From Eledone cirrhosa (taxonomy: Eukaryota), in the NCBI GenBank assembly GCA_964016885.1, contig OZ024763.1:29698001-29762000 (forward strand): 64,000 nt of DNA, read 5' to 3'. Of this stretch, positions 41,620-55,500 are shown piece after piece. Below the pieces are notes generated by a model. It made no database searches and was not told the origin of the DNA. It saw nothing but the letters and a program-made list of their open reading frames with translations. The translations under genes and the position numbers were made by a program. Each line of letters opens with the position of its first letter. Position 1 is the first letter of the stretch.

Positions 41620-42370
41620 ATTGTTATTGTTGTTGTTTTTGTTGTTGTTGTTGTAGCGGTTGTTATTGTTGTTGTTAATATAGTAGTTATTATTGTAGTA
41701 ATTGTTATTGTTGCTGTTGTTGTTGTTGTGTAGTAGTAGTAGTTGTTGTTTTTGTTGTTGCTGTAGCGGTTGTTATTGTTGTTGTTGATATAGTAGTTAT
41801 TATTGTAGTTATTGTTGTTGTTGTTGTTGTCGTAATAGTAGTAGTAGTAGTTGTTGTTTTTGTTGTTGCTGTAGCGGTTGTTATTGTTGTTGTTGATATA
41901 GTAGTTATTATTGTAGTTATTGTTGTTGTTGTTGTTGTCGTAATAGTAGTAGTAGTAGTTGTTGTGTTTGTTGTTGCTGTAGCGGTTGTTATTGTTGTTG
42001 TTGATATAGTAGTTATTATTGTAGTTATTGTTGTTGTTGTTGTTGTTGTAATAGTAGTAGTAGTAGTTGTTGTTTTTGTTGTTGCTGTAGCGGTTGTTAT
42101 TGTTGTTGTTGATATAGTAGTTATTATTGTAGTAATTGTTATTGTTGTTGTTGTTGTTGTTGTTGTAATAGTAGTAGTAGTAGTTGTTGTTTTTGTTGTT
42201 GCTGTAGCGGTTGTTATTGTTGTTGTTGATATAGTAGTTATTATTGTAGTAATTGTTATTGTTGTTGTTGTTGTTGTAATAGTAGTAGTAGTAGTAGTTG
42301 TTTTTGTTGGTGTTGTAGTTGTTATTGTTGTTGTAGTTGTTGGTATTGTAGTTGTTATTATTATTATTAT
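41620..42370. repeat. Compound (GTT)/(GTA) minisatellite, ~108-117-bp unit
   Basis: tgtagcggttgttattg recurs about 6 times. Confidence 0.85.
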
Positions 42371-42372
42371 AA

Positions 42373-42565
42373 GGGCGGTGGATTGGTAGGCAGTATCGGT
42401 AGAGGATCGGGCGCCATGCTTTGACGCATAGAGTTATGGCCCTTGTCATTCTGAGTTCATATCCCGCCAAGGCTAACTTTGCCTTTCATCCTTACGGGGT
42501 CGATAAAATAAAGTACCAGTAATACACTGGATAATTGCTGGCCTTGTGCAAAAAGTAGAAACAGT
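42373..42565 (+). mobile_element. SINE family B
   Basis: Full copy with (TTA)n tail. Confidence 0.85.
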
Positions 42566-42718
42566 TATTATTATTATTATAGCAGCAGTAGTAGTAGTAG
42601 TAATAGTAGAGTAGTAGTAATAGTAGTAGTAGTAGTTGTTGTTGTTGTCATTGTATATGTTGTTGTAATTGTAATTGTTTGTGTTGTTTTTGTAGTTGTT
42701 GTGGTTGTTGTTATTATT

Positions 42719-42750
<32 letters not shown>

Positions 42751-42894
42751 TGTTGTAGTAGGTGTTGTTGTCGTTGTCGTGGTTGTTGTTGTTGTTGTTA
42801 CTGTAGTTGTTGCAGTTCTTATAGTTGTAGTAGTAGTTGTTGTTATTATTAAAGTTGCTGTTGTTATTGTAGTTGTTGTTATTGTTGTTGTTGT

Positions 42895-43145
42895 TGTTAT
42901 TATCCTGGTTGTTACTGTTGTTGTTATTGTCGTTGTTGTTATTATCCTGGTTGTTACTGTAGTTGTTGTTATTGTCGTTGTTGTTATTATCCTGGTTGTT
43001 ACTGTAGTTGTTGTTATTGTCGTTGTTGTTATTATCCTGGTTGTTACTGTTGTTGTTATTGTCGTTGTTGTTATTATCCTGGTTGTTACTGTAGTTGTTG
43101 TTATTGTCGTTGTTGTTATTATCCTGGTTGTTACTGTTGTTGTTA
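42895..43145. repeat. 42-45-bp minisatellite (tatcctggttgttactg)
   Basis: Six copies. Confidence 0.85.
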
Positions 43146-43304
43146 TTGTCGTTGTTGTTGTTATTGTTGCTATTGTTGTTGTTGTTATTGTCGTTGCTGT
43201 TGTTATAGTCGTTGTCGTTGTCCATTATATATTTTTGAAATTACATAGTCATATTAATTCATAATCGTTATTGTTGTTGTTGTTGTTGTTGTTGTCGTCT
43301 TTTT

Positions 43305-43357
43305 TTCACTTTTACCTGTTCCGACTCATTGACTGCGGCCATGCTGGGGCACAACCT
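43305..43357 (-). mobile_element. SINE head fragment
   Basis: Minus strand gccccagcatggccgcagtcaatgagtcggaac resembles a cephalopod SINE 5' end from memory. Confidence 0.35.
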
Positions 43358-43438
43358 TTCTATAAAATAAGATTAAAACAAACTCCTTTTAGGTTTTTGT
43401 ACAATATTCTTTCATAATTTCATTCGTGTTTCTATGTA

Positions 43439-43520
<82 letters not shown>

Positions 43521-43632
43521 TGTGTATATATATATATATGTGTGTGTGTATATATACATATATATATATACATACACAAACACATATATATATATACACA
43601 CACACACACGTGCGTCTGTATGTGTGTAGGTG

Positions 43633-43679
<47 letters not shown>

Positions 43680-44926
43680 ATGTGTGTGTATGTGTGTGAG
43701 TATTCATGCTTCTATAATGTTTGTATCGTTGTTGTCATTTATTACTTTCATTATTGCACACATTTTTTCCATGTTTATAGTTGCATTTGTTGTTGCTGTT
43801 GTTGCTATTGTTGTTATTGTCGCTGTTGTTGTTACTGTTGTTATTGTTGTTAATTAATTATTATTATTTTTTTTTTTTGAAAAACCATTTTTACGTGAAA
43901 TTTAATTTCTGGATTTTCTTTGTGGATTTTCTCCTCCATCTTACTGGGTTTTTTTGTTTCTAAAAGAAATCTTTTGGTATCCAAAGCTGATGTCATATGT
44001 CATATGTCATCTAGTTGTTGTGATAGTCGCTTTTATTTGTTGCTGTGGTTGTTCTTTTTTTTTCGCTGTTACGCTATAGTAATTATATAATATGTTAGTG
44101 GTATGTGTTGTTGTTGTTCTGATGGTTGTGGTGGTTGTTGTTGTAGTTGCTGTTACGCTTTATTTATTGAATATTTTGTAAGTGGTTGTTGTTGTGATTG
44201 TTGTTGTTGTTACTGTCGTGCTATATTCATTATATAAGATGCTAGTGGTCGATGTTGTTGTGGTGGTTGTTGTTGTTGCTGTTAAGCTATATTCATTATA
44301 TAACGTGCTAGTGGTTGTGGGCTTTTTTGCTCTTATGGTTGTTGTCATTGTTGATGTGGTGGTTGATCTTTTGTAGTTGTTGTGGTTGTCCTGTTTCTTC
44401 TCCTTTTTCTCCTTCTTCTACTTCTTTGTCTATTTCTTCTTCTTCTTCTTCTTCTTCTTCTTCTTCTTCGTCTATTTCTTCTTCTTCTTCTTCTTCTTCT
44501 TCTTCTTCTTCGTTCTTCTTCTTCTTCTTCTTCTTCTCATTCTTCTTCTCATTCTTCTTCTTCTTCTTCTTCTTCTTCTTCTCATTCTTCTTCTCATTCT
44601 TCTTCTTCTTATTCTTCTTCTTCTTCTTCTTCTTCTTCTTCTTCTTCTTCTTCTTCTTTTTCGTTCTTCTTCTTCTAGATGCTGTTATGTTTGTTATGGT
44701 TTTGTTGTTGTAGTTGCTGTTGTTGTTGTTGTTGTTGTTGTTGTTCATTTAGATTCCATTCATACTTTGCTTTTAAATTTTTCAGTAGATATTATTGTTT
44801 TGATTTTAATGTTGTTGTTGTTGTTGTTAATTACGTTCATTAATTGTCAATATTTTAAACATACTCACACACACATATACATATATACACATGAACGCAT
44901 ACACACATACACAGATAGACAAACAC

Positions 44927-45041
<115 letters not shown>

Positions 45042-45116
45042 GTATATATATATATATATATATAAACGTGTGTGTGTGTACATGTTTCTATGCATACATA
45101 CATGCATGTATGTATG

Positions 45117-45151
<35 letters not shown>

Positions 45152-45187
45152 ATGTACGTATGCATATATATATATATACATGTATGC

Positions 45188-45222
<35 letters not shown>

Positions 45223-45342
45223 TGTATGAATGTATGTCTGTGTATGTAGATATATGTATATATATGTATGCATGTATGTATATATATGTATATATTTGTG
45301 TGCATATGTATATATATATACATATATATATATACATTTATG

Positions 45343-45447
<105 letters not shown>

Positions 45448-45565
45448 GCATACAAATATATACATATATATACACACATGCATACATAGATATACATATA
45501 CTTACAGACACATACATACATTCACATACACAGACACATACATACATTCATACATACATTCATAC

Positions 45566-45620
<55 letters not shown>

Positions 45621-45910
45621 TAGTTTTGGGTGTGGGGGAATTCGGTTTTTCTTTTAAAGAAATTATAATATTTTACTCCCGAGATTTTTTAATTAATTTA
45701 AATTAATCGCATATTTTCTTAATGGTTTCTGAGGTGATAATAGTGAAGATGATGTAATATTGTAGAGGTAGTGGTAGGGGGTGTTGTAGTGGTTGTGGTG
45801 GTAGTGGTAGTAGATGTAGTGGTGGTGGTAGTCGTAGATGTGGTGCTGGTAGAGTTGGTAGTAGATGTAGTGTTGGGGTGGTAGTAGAGGCGCTGGTTGT
45901 GGTGGTTGTG

Positions 45911-45956
<46 letters not shown>

Positions 45957-46089
45957 ATCTTGTGTTGGAGGTAGTATTATATGTGGCGGTGTTGGACGGT
46001 AGTATTAGATGTGGTGGTGGTGGTAGTAGTGGTGGAGTTGGTAGTATTGGATGTAGTCTTGGTAGTGGTGGTGATGGTGGTGGTGGTGA

Positions 46090-46990
46090 TGTTGCTAGTA
46101 GTGTTGTTGGTGGTGGTGCTGGTAGAGGTGTTGGTGGTGATGGTATTTGTGATAGTAGAGGTGGAGGTGGTGGCGGTGGTGATGGTGGTAGTAGTGTTGT
46201 TGGTGGTGGTGCTGGTAGAGGTGTTGGTGGTGATGGTATTTGTGATAGAAGAGGTGGAGGTGGTGGCGGTGGTGATGGTGGTAGTAGTGTTGTTGGTGGT
46301 GGTGCTGGTAGAGGTGTTGGTGGTGATGGTATTTGTGATAGTAGAGGTGGAGGTGGTGGCGGTGGTGATGGTGGTAGTAGTGTTGTTGGTGGTGGTGCTG
46401 GTAGAGGTGTTGTTGGTGGTGGTGCTGGTAGAGGTGTTGGTGGTGATGGTATTTGTGATAGTAGAGGTGGAGGTGGTGGCGGTGGTGATGGTGGTAGTAG
46501 TGTTGTTGGTGGTGGTGCTGGTGGTGGTGGCGGTGGTGATGTTGGTAGTAGTGTTGTTGGTGGTGATGGTATTTGTGATAGTAGCTGTGTTGGTGGTGGT
46601 GGTGTTGGTGGTGGTGTTGGTGGCGGTGGTGATGTTGGTAGTAGTGTTGTTGGTGGTGGTGCTGGTAGAGGTGTTGGTGGTGCTGGTGGTGGTGGCGGTG
46701 GTGATGTTGGTAGTAGTGTTGTTGGTGGTGATGGTATTTGTGATAGTAGCTGTGTTGGTGGTGGTGGTGTTGGTGGTGGTGTTGGTGGCGGTGGTGATGT
46801 TGGTAGTAGTGTTGTTGGTGGTCGTGCTGGTAGAGGTGTTGGTGGTGATGGTATTTGTGATAGTAGTGGTGGTGGTGGTGGTGGTGGTGCTGGTGCTGGT
46901 GGTGGTGGTGGTGGTGTTGACGGTGATGGTGCTGGTAGAGGTGTTGGTGGTGATGGTATTTGTGATAGTAGCTGTGTTGTTGTTGGTGGT
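46090..46990. repeat. GGT-rich minisatellite, 93-bp unit with variants
   Basis: gtatttgtgatag at 46143, 46236, 46329 and onward. Confidence 0.88.
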
Positions 46991-47955
46991 GGTGGTGGGG
47001 GGGGGGGGGGGGGGGGGGTAGTTTGTGTTAATAGTGAGGATGATGTAATAATAGTGTAGGGGTAGAGGGGTGCGATTGTTGTGGTTGTAGTTGTGGTGGT
47101 ATTAGTAGTATAGGTGGTGGTGGGGGTTGTCTTCGTCGTCGTCAAAGGCATGGTGGTCGTAGTGGCGATGTTTTGGGTAGTGATAGTAGAGATGGTGTTG
47201 TTGGTAATCGTGGTGGTGGTAGTTGTGTTAGTGGTGGTCCTGGTAGAGGTTGTAGTAATCGAGGTGGTCGTTGTGGCGGTGATAGTTGAGGTGACAATGC
47301 TTGTAGTAGTGGTGATGGTAATGGTAGTGGTGATGGTTGTAGTAGTGGTGTTGATAGTTGTTGTTCTGATGATGATAGTAGAGGTGGTGGTGCTTGTAGT
47401 GGTGGTGGTGGTGATGGTAGTTGTAGTGGTGATGGTTGTAGTGGTGGTGATGGTGGTAGTAGTGGTGGTGGTAGTCATGGTGGTGATGGAAGTTGCAGTG
47501 GGTGGTGGAGGTGGTGATGATGGTTGTTGTTGTGGTGATGATTGCAGTGGTGGTGATAGTAGTAGTGGTGATGGTGATGGCTGTAGTGGTGGTGGTGATA
47601 GTAATAGTGGTGTTGGTGATGGTTGTAGTGGTGGTGATAGTAGAGGTGTGGTGCTTGTAGTAGTGGTGGTGATGGTAGTTTTGGTGGTGGTGGTAGTCGT
47701 AGTGGTGATGGTGATAGTTGAAGTGGTGGTGGTGATGGTAGATTTAGTGGTGGTGATGGTTGTATTGGTGGTGATGGTTGTAGTGGTGGTGGTAGTGGTG
47801 GTGGTAGCTGTAGTGGTGATTATGACGAGGAGGTTGTGTTGTGGTGACGGTAGAGGGCGCTGACATTCGGTTGAATGACGAAATCATTCGATTGAAATAA
47901 ATCTACCTTCCGTCTCACTGACTTGATTAAATCCGATTTAGTTTTGTTGTTTTAG

Positions 47956-48062
<107 letters not shown>

Positions 48063-48292
48063 AGTGCTGCTACTACTACTACTACTACTACTACTACTAT
48101 TACTGCTACAACAGCTACTGCTATTTCTGATGATGATGATGATGATGACGATGTTGGTGATGGTGATGATGATAAAAAAATAACATTAGTTATCCCAATG
48201 AAGAAATTATTATTATCATCAGAGGGGTGGATTGATAGTATCAGTAGAGCGTCAGACATATGTGTGTGTGTGTGTGTGTGTGTATGTGTGTG

Positions 48293-48495
48293 TATAGGAA
48301 AATAGTCAGGACCCCGACGGCAGAGCTCAAGCCGTTTCGATAGCTATTTCTGGACTCCAGAAATAGCTGTCGAAACGGCTTGAGCTCTGCTGTCGGGGTC
48401 CTGACTCTTTTCCTATAACCCACTCCACTACCCAAAGTATCGAGTACTCTGGAGCGTTATGGTCCCCCTGGTTCCTTCCCACACTTCCTTGGTTA
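48293..48495 (+). mobile_element. Family A fold-back element (~61-bp arms, 3-nt loop, tail)
   Basis: Palindrome 48293-48417 centred on ctgg-act-ccag; a second fragment lies at 48548-48605. Confidence 0.88.
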
Positions 48496-48710
48496 TATAT
48501 ATATATATATTCCTTGGTTATATTATATATATATATAAAATATATATATCGGATCTAGCTGTCGAAACGGCCGGAGCTCAGCCGTCGGGGTCCTGAATAT
48601 TTTCATATATATATAAAGATGGTTATACTCAACTGACGTAGTTTTTGCCTTTTTAAATTGTGGTTACCCTCGACATAACTCACTCTCTCTCTCACTCTCT
48701 CTCTCTCTCA

Positions 48711-48752
<42 letters not shown>

Positions 48753-48754
48753 GG

Positions 48755-49020
48755 GAGCTTCCAACCGACATGGTCGCATTCTTTAAGGGTATGTCAATAT
48801 TTGTTTATAAAACTGATCTATATTATATTTTATCTGATAAAAGCGCACCATAATTTGCTTTGGTGTCATTGAAATATGTATAATGAAATAAATATGGTTT
48901 TATAAATATAGTTTGCATTGGTTAATATATTGTATTTTTACTCCAAAAATTTGTTGAGTGCTTTATATCAGTTATAAAAATATTTGCTTGTTGTATCCCA
49001 GCAAATTAAATAGAGCTTCT
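48755..49020 (+). mobile_element. Family H element, hammerhead core mutated (CTGATAA)
   Basis: ttttat-CTGATAA-..GCACCA..TGGTGT..-GAAA-TATGTA-TA-ATGAAA; tail motif GAGTGCTT at 48956. Confidence 0.6.
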
Positions 49021-49034
49021 ACATATATAAAGGA

Positions 49035-49247
49035 TCGATCGACTTTCGTCAAATCGGACCGAGGAAACAATGTTTCCGTTGGTCTTTCCAGTTGGTAGTA
49101 CTATCTATCGGTCGCAACTCCAGGTAGAAGGAGCAACGTGAAATAAAGTGTCTTGCTCAAGGACATAACGCATCGCATGTTCCAGGAATCGAACTCAAAA
49201 CCTCAAGATTGTGAATCCAATTCTCTAACCACTCAGCCACACGCCTT
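49035..49247 (-). mobile_element. tRNA-derived SINE, family C
   Basis: Reverse complement of 62303-62520. Confidence 0.85.
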
Positions 49248-49255
49248 CACTAAAC

Positions 49256-49288
<33 letters not shown>

Positions 49289-49470
49289 TGTATGTATGTA
49301 TGTATGTATGTATGTATGTATGTATGTATGTATGTATGTTTTAGTAGAAGTTTGGTAGAAATATCCAAGGGTAACAGCATTCAGTCAATAGGACGAGTTA
49401 AGTATAATTATTTACATCAATGACCTATACAGATACATAACTTTCGTGGGTTATACATACCAACTCATTC

Positions 49471-49630
49471 AGTTGTTATATAAAGAAAAGGACCGCTTTC
49501 TATATATATCAGCTGTTATATATAGAAAGCTGTCCTTTCTATATATAACAGCTGTTATATATAGAAAGTTGTCCTTTCTATATATAACAGCTGTTATATA
49601 TAGAAAGTTGTCTTTTCTATATATAACAGG
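49471..49630. repeat. Tandem array of a 39-bp unit containing a 34-bp palindrome
   Basis: CTTTCTATATATAACAG|CTGTTATATATAGAAAG at 49496 (one mismatch), 49535 and 49574, partial at 49613. Confidence 0.92.
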
Positions 49631-49691
49631 CTGAATGGATTTGGGTGTTTAACCCAACGCAAATTAAGTATTTTTATGTCACTGATATAAA

Positions 49692-49790
<99 letters not shown>

Positions 49791-50665
49791 ATATATATAT
49801 ATGTATATACATATGTGTATATATATATGTGTATATACATATGTGTATATATATATGTGTGTATATACATATGTGTATATATTTACATATCTATATATAT
49901 ATAAACGGAAAAAATGAAACGAAATTTTATTTCCCACTCTTCGTACGGCTGTTACTTAAATATAAGTATGTATACGTACATACATATATGTATACAGACA
50001 TACAGTAGTATGTATATATATATATATATATATATATACATACATGCACACATATATATATGTACGTACATATATATATGTGTGCATGCATGTATATATA
50101 TATACATACTACTGTACATCTGTATACATATATGTATGTACGTGTACATATATATATTTATATACATATATATATTTATGTATTCGAAATGTGTGTGTCC
50201 TCACAGGAATCCCTACACTAATATTACATCACTCTAAATATTAGTTGACCAAATCCGATAAATAACCAATGGATGCGGAAGAAATTGGACAGAGGCGCCT
50301 GGATCCAATTTTCCTCTGTCTCCGAGATTACATATATATTTAAGAATAGTAAAGATTGAAATATATTCTATATACATGAAAGTGGACGTGCATATTTCAA
50401 TCTGAAAGCTACTTAAATACTTGGTATCTGTCTATATCTATCTATCTATCTATCTATCTATCTTGATAGAGTAAGACACGCTTCGCATCGGCTCCGCTAT
50501 TCCATCGGGATTTACCCTTACTATTGTAAGTACCGGATAAATTTTTTAGTGCAACACATTTGGAACACTAACCCCTGTTATTTAGGGAAACATTTTTGCA
50601 TTTACCCCCTTTTTAGGGGGTAAAATAAATATCTATTTTTGCCGAAAAATTTCTTTCTTGGCAGC

Positions 50666-52501
50666 ATGGCGGAAAAGATGGCAGACATGTCTGCCATTAG
50701 CTCTGCCACGCCCCCCAAGTCTGAAGAACAAAAAATAATTACAACAAAATTAGACATTGAAACAAACAAACAAAATGAAAAAACAAATGTTAAGGAAAAT
50801 GAGCAAACAGAAAACAAACAAACAGAAAATAATACAAATAACGACAGGGCAACTTTCGCCCAGAAAACAAAACAATCCATTACATACACACCAATTGACC
50901 TAACTGCCGCCAGAGAAAAACTGGCCGAAGCAAAGAAACATATTGTTTTGGGGGAGAACGGAATGTTTTCCATTAACTCCCCCCCAGAATTCAAGAAAGC
51001 CAGAGCAGAAAACACAGTTCTATACAGAACTATACTGAACCAGACAAGAAAGCCAGCACAGCCCAGCCAAATGGAAATAGAGTTAGTCCTAAAAGACTAT
51101 ATGAAGAATATTCTCTTCATACGAAAGGACCGACTCTATGGCAGCATTTCGGTCCTAACAAGAGACAAAGAAACGGCGGAGAAGCTTTCCCTAAGCCCAC
51201 TCTCGTCGACAACATATAGCTTCTATCCCTCCTACATGGGTAGAAGAACACAGAGAGTAAAAGTAAAAACAATGCTGCCCACAATGGACTTCTGGTGGGC
51301 TATTGCTGGCTTCATTGATATGGGCGAAGACACTATGCTGTCAATGGGGAAGGCAACTGGAGATGCGTTCCTGGGAATGGGCCTCGACATACTAGTCCAA
51401 ATGAGGCCCGAAAGAATAGCACAAATCCCGGATCGCATCTGGCTGGATGACCTTACCCCAATAGACATAATTGTAGAGGGGAGAAGACCAGCATGCTATT
51501 TATGCATGGAAAGGGGACACGTTAAGGCTAACTGCCCAAAACGTATCCCCCAAAAAGGACTATTGCCCACACCCACCACAAACAGTACACCAGCACCACC
51601 CACCTCCAAAAATACACTAATACCACACACAGCAAACAAAATACAGACACCACCAACCACAAACACAACACAAACATCACCACCACCAGCACCAAACACA
51701 AGCACGACACAAAAATCACCACCACCAACCACAACACAAACATCACCACCACCATCACCAACCACAAGCACGACACAAACATTACCACCACCACCACCAC
51801 AAAACCCATTCCAAACAAATAATAAAAAAAACAGTAACAAATCTACCCCTCCCGCAAAAAAAAAACAACCACACAACACGTCCCTCCCACCTAGCGCTGA
51901 AGAGTTTCCCCCAACTTCTGAAGAAGAAGGAGGAGAAGCCTTCAGACAAGTTAAAAGAAAAAAAAGAAAACACACACCCAGCACACCACAAATAACCCAC
52001 ACACAAACACCAACTCCAATCAAAAACACCCCACCCTCAACAAACAAAAATAAATCTGCGCCTCCCCTCTCCGAAACATTGACAGCATCACAAAAAAAGA
52101 CGTTGCAATACACATATATAAATAAAGAAAACAAAAAACTGGTTAAATTAATAAACAATAACCCTATGGTGCAGACCGAAGGGCCAAACTTTATCTCAAC
52201 AGAGAACTTCACCCATTTAAAAATGATAAAGGTCCCTCTGGACCTTTATCGTTCCTTAAAAGAACAATTTAGACGGGACGTGAGCCCCCCCTGTTTAAAA
52301 CCGTTGAATCGCGTCCTCTTGAAAGATTTCCCCATAACCGCCCCTCTCCCTGACACAACTCCAAATACCCCAACCCCACCACACACGTGTACCCCCACAC
52401 CACCACAAAACATCCCTCCACCCAACACACCTGATGCCATGGAAATTACGCAACCCGGAGAGGTAAGTGCTTTTCTTTCTTCACTTTCAACACCAAAATA
52501 G
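50666..52501 (+). CDS. LINE ORF1, gag-like nucleic-acid-binding protein with a CCHC zinc knuckle and Pro/Thr-rich tail
   Basis: First ATG at 50666; IVEGRRPACYLCMERGHVKANCP (CX2CX4HX4C); basic FRQVKRKKRK. Confidence 0.88.
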   Translation: MAEKMADMSAISSATPPKSEEQKIITTKLDIETNKQNEKTNVKENEQTENKQTENNTNNDRATFAQKTKQSITYTPIDLTAAREKLAEAKKHIVLGENGMFSINSPPEFKKARAENTVLYRTILNQTRKPAQPSQMEIELVLKDYMKNILFIRKDRLYGSISVLTRDKETAEKLSLSPLSSTTYSFYPSYMGRRTQRVKVKTMLPTMDFWWAIAGFIDMGEDTMLSMGKATGDAFLGMGLDILVQMRPERIAQIPDRIWLDDLTPIDIIVEGRRPACYLCMERGHVKANCPKRIPQKGLLPTPTTNSTPAPPTSKNTLIPHTANKIQTPPTTNTTQTSPPPAPNTSTTQKSPPPTTTQTSPPPSPTTSTTQTLPPPPPQNPFQTNNKKNSNKSTPPAKKKQPHNTSLPPSAEEFPPTSEEEGGEAFRQVKRKKRKHTPSTPQITHTQTPTPIKNTPPSTNKNKSAPPLSETLTASQKKTLQYTYINKENKKLVKLINNNPMVQTEGPNFISTENFTHLKMIKVPLDLYRSLKEQFRRDVSPPCLKPLNRVLLKDFPITAPLPDTTPNTPTPPHTCTPTPPQNIPPPNTPDAMEITQPGEVSAFLSSLSTPK

Positions 52502-52506
52502 ATCAA

Positions 52507-55500
52507 TTGAGAGTTGGCTGTTTGAACGCGCGTGGCCTGGGCTCAGCTTGGAAGGAAGCAAAGCTTCTAAGTGACCTCAGGTCACAAAGTATAGATGTGA
52601 TGGTTGTTTGCGAGAGTCGGATCAGCAGCGTGAGACAGCTGGCGCCCGCCTTCGATGACTTTGAGATGCACGCATCTCTCTGTCAACCCGGAGGCGGGGG
52701 GGGGGGGGGAGTTGCCGTACTGCTGGATAAACGTCTGACTCTCGACGTACAGATTGTTCACTCGGACCCGGGGGGTCGATTACTGGTGCTGGACGTCGGA
52801 GGCGGTGAAGGCGGGGCTTTCAGACTGGTCGGTCTTTATGCTCCCTTGGGGGCGGAAAGAGCCGACTTCTTCCAGCGTCTGGAGACTTTTCTAGGAACGT
52901 CGCGTTCCCTGCTTTTAGTGGGGGACTGGAATGGAATCCTAGATGCGCGTTGGGACTATGCAGGGGCATGTCCCGATAGAGGGGGGTGTAGCAGCCTCAA
53001 GGGGTTACTCGATCGATTCGACCTGGTCGATAGATTTCGACTAGATTGTCCAACTGCGCCAACCTGGACCTGGGCAAACCGCAGTGGACAATCTAGATCG
53101 TACCTAGATAGGTTTTTGGTTAGGAGTAAGGATAGGGACGTATTTAGTTGTCCAGAACTGATCATGGTTGGCTATTCAGATCACAAATTAGTGACCTGCG
53201 TGGTCAACCTTGATAGAACGCATAGACAGGGTCCCGGTTACTGGAAGATGAACTTGTCCTTACCGACAAAGAAAGATTACAGAAACCGGATTAGTAGCTT
53301 AGTTAAGATGCGGTTGACGGGAGCGATCGTCAACAGTAGGTGGTGGATATCTCTAAAGAGAGAGATTAGAGTAAGTTCGATAGGTTACAGTAAGGAACTA
53401 GCGGCGAATAGAAATAGGAGGGAAAGGGAGTTAACAGATAAACTAGAAGAGGCGATTAGGAGCGGAGACGTAGCCAGAGTGTTAGCGACGAGAACGGCAT
53501 TGAGCCAGTTCTTTGACGCGAAGCACGAAGGCTGCGTTGTCCGAAGTAAAATACGTGCTTTAGGAAACGAGGGGACCAAAGCTGTTAGCTGGGCCCGCGT
53601 GACAGAAGCCAAGAGTGGGATTAAATCCACCATTCGGTCTTTGCGAGACCAGGATGGACGGGTGATCCTTGAACCTGAGCGAATGTGCGAGACCTTTCAA
53701 AGGCACTTTGCTCGACTGTTCGGAGGTGGCGGGGGGCCGGACGGGGATGTGGACTTCGGTCCATACCTCCACGGTCTACCGCGTCTTTCGAGCGGCGAAG
53801 CGGAGTGCTGCGAAGGGCCAATCACAGCCACTGAAATCGGGGAAGCGCTCAGCCAATGCAGCAGACGCAAATCCCCGGGTCTCGATGGTCTACCATACGA
53901 ACTTTATTTAGCTATGCCGGTCTTGTTCTCCGAACTCCTCGAGGCTGTCTATTGCAACTGGCAACAGAACGGGAGAATTCCCTGTTCTGTGACCAAGGGC
54001 GTGGTCACGCTAGTGAGGAAGGACGAGAGCAAGGGGGACGACTTAAGTAACTTTAGGCCCATAACTCTGCTGAATGCAGAGTTACAGATTTTGGCCAAGG
54101 TGTTGGCGAAGAGGTTGGCGCTTGTGGTGGGTGGTTTGGTGGGAGACGCGCAGACATGCGCTATCCCGTCCAGGTCCATTCACGACAACCTCCACCTCAT
54201 GCGATACATCATAGAGAGGGTTGGCTACGAACCCGGCTTTGGTGGGGCCCTGATCAACTTGGATCAATCTAAGGCGTTCGATAGGGTCGACCATGGTTAC
54301 CTGGATGCGGTGCTAGCGGCGGCGGGCTTCGGGCCCGTTTTCAGGGGCTGGATTTCTGCCATGCACAGTGGCAACATCTACTCTAGGATTAAAGTAAACG
54401 GCTACCTCTCGGAGCCGTTTCAAATCACCCGATCCATCAGACAGGGGTGCCCCCTCTCCTCCCTTCTGTACGTATTGACTCTCGAGCCACTGCTGCGGAA
54501 GTTGGAGTTGCTGCGGGGCATACCCCTGGAACCGGGATTGCACAAAGCGGTCTCGGCCTATGCCGACGACGTAACAGTAATGGTGGCGGACGCCTCGGAA
54601 ATCGGGGCGATCGCCACCCTACTGGAGGAATACGAAAGGCTGACGGGGGCTAAGCTGAACCAGGACAAGTCAGTCGGTTTGCAACTCGGAACGTGGAGGG
54701 GCAAACCGATGCCGTTAGACGGTGTCGTCGGGCGGTGGACGGAGGGCCCGGTGAAGCTGCTCGGGGTCTGGTTCGGACCGGACCTCCAGGTGGAGAAGAA
54801 TTGGGGCGAGGTGACGAGCAGGGTGTTTGCGCTGACCCAGAAGTGGGCCAAGTGCAAACTATCACTGAAAGGTCGGGCGGAGGTGACGAACGCTTACATA
54901 GCGTCCGTCATCTACTACCGCCTGACCGTCGTGCCTTGCCCCAAGGAAAAGCTCACCATCATGGAACGCATGCTCTTCCAGTTCCTCTGGAAGAAGCGGC
55001 CTCCCATGGTGAGGAGATCCATCTGCTGCCAGCACCCTTCGAAAGGAGGGCTGGGTATGCCGTGGCTGTTGATGCGTAGGCACGCATTGAGGCTACGGCA
55101 TCTACAGGTATTCCTCAACGGTCAGCCGGTGTGGGCCCCGTTTGTGAGGCGAGCCTTCCCACAGCTCGTCTCGCTCACCGAACTGCAATCCTGGGTGAAG
55201 CAAAGACCGAGAAAACTGGGCAACTGGCACACTGAGTGTGCCCAGGCGCTCACGGCTATCTGGCAAGCGGACCCGACTGTCAGTGGAGAATCCACCTCGA
55301 CATTCTATAGAGGGTTGGTGGCTAGCAGGGGCGACGACACCCTTGGAGAGTCGCTAGGCATGGAGGAGGACGAACTGGCCAGCCTGTTCGGTAGAACTTT
55401 CGGCCCGGGACCCATGGACAACTTCCAGAGGTCCCTAGCCTGGCAGTGTTACCGGGGGGCTCTGCCCGTTCGAGAAAAGCTCTACAGACACGGGCGCCCG

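Noticed and set aside
49471-49630. CRISPR-like array of palindromic repeats
   Set aside because: Spacers are 5 nt and nearly identical, there are no cas genes, and the context is eukaryotic.
50282-50320. H-type pseudoknot
   Set aside because: Loops of 0-1 nt across 7-bp stems are sterically implausible; more likely a small template-switch scar.
52460-52501. Perfect splice donor AG|GTAAGT, pyrimidine tract and TAG at the ORF1 end as a route to an ORF1-ORF2 fusion
   Set aside because: The intron would be only 39 nt and in frame, giving ATC AAT TGA; the nearby AGs do not give the ORF2 frame either.
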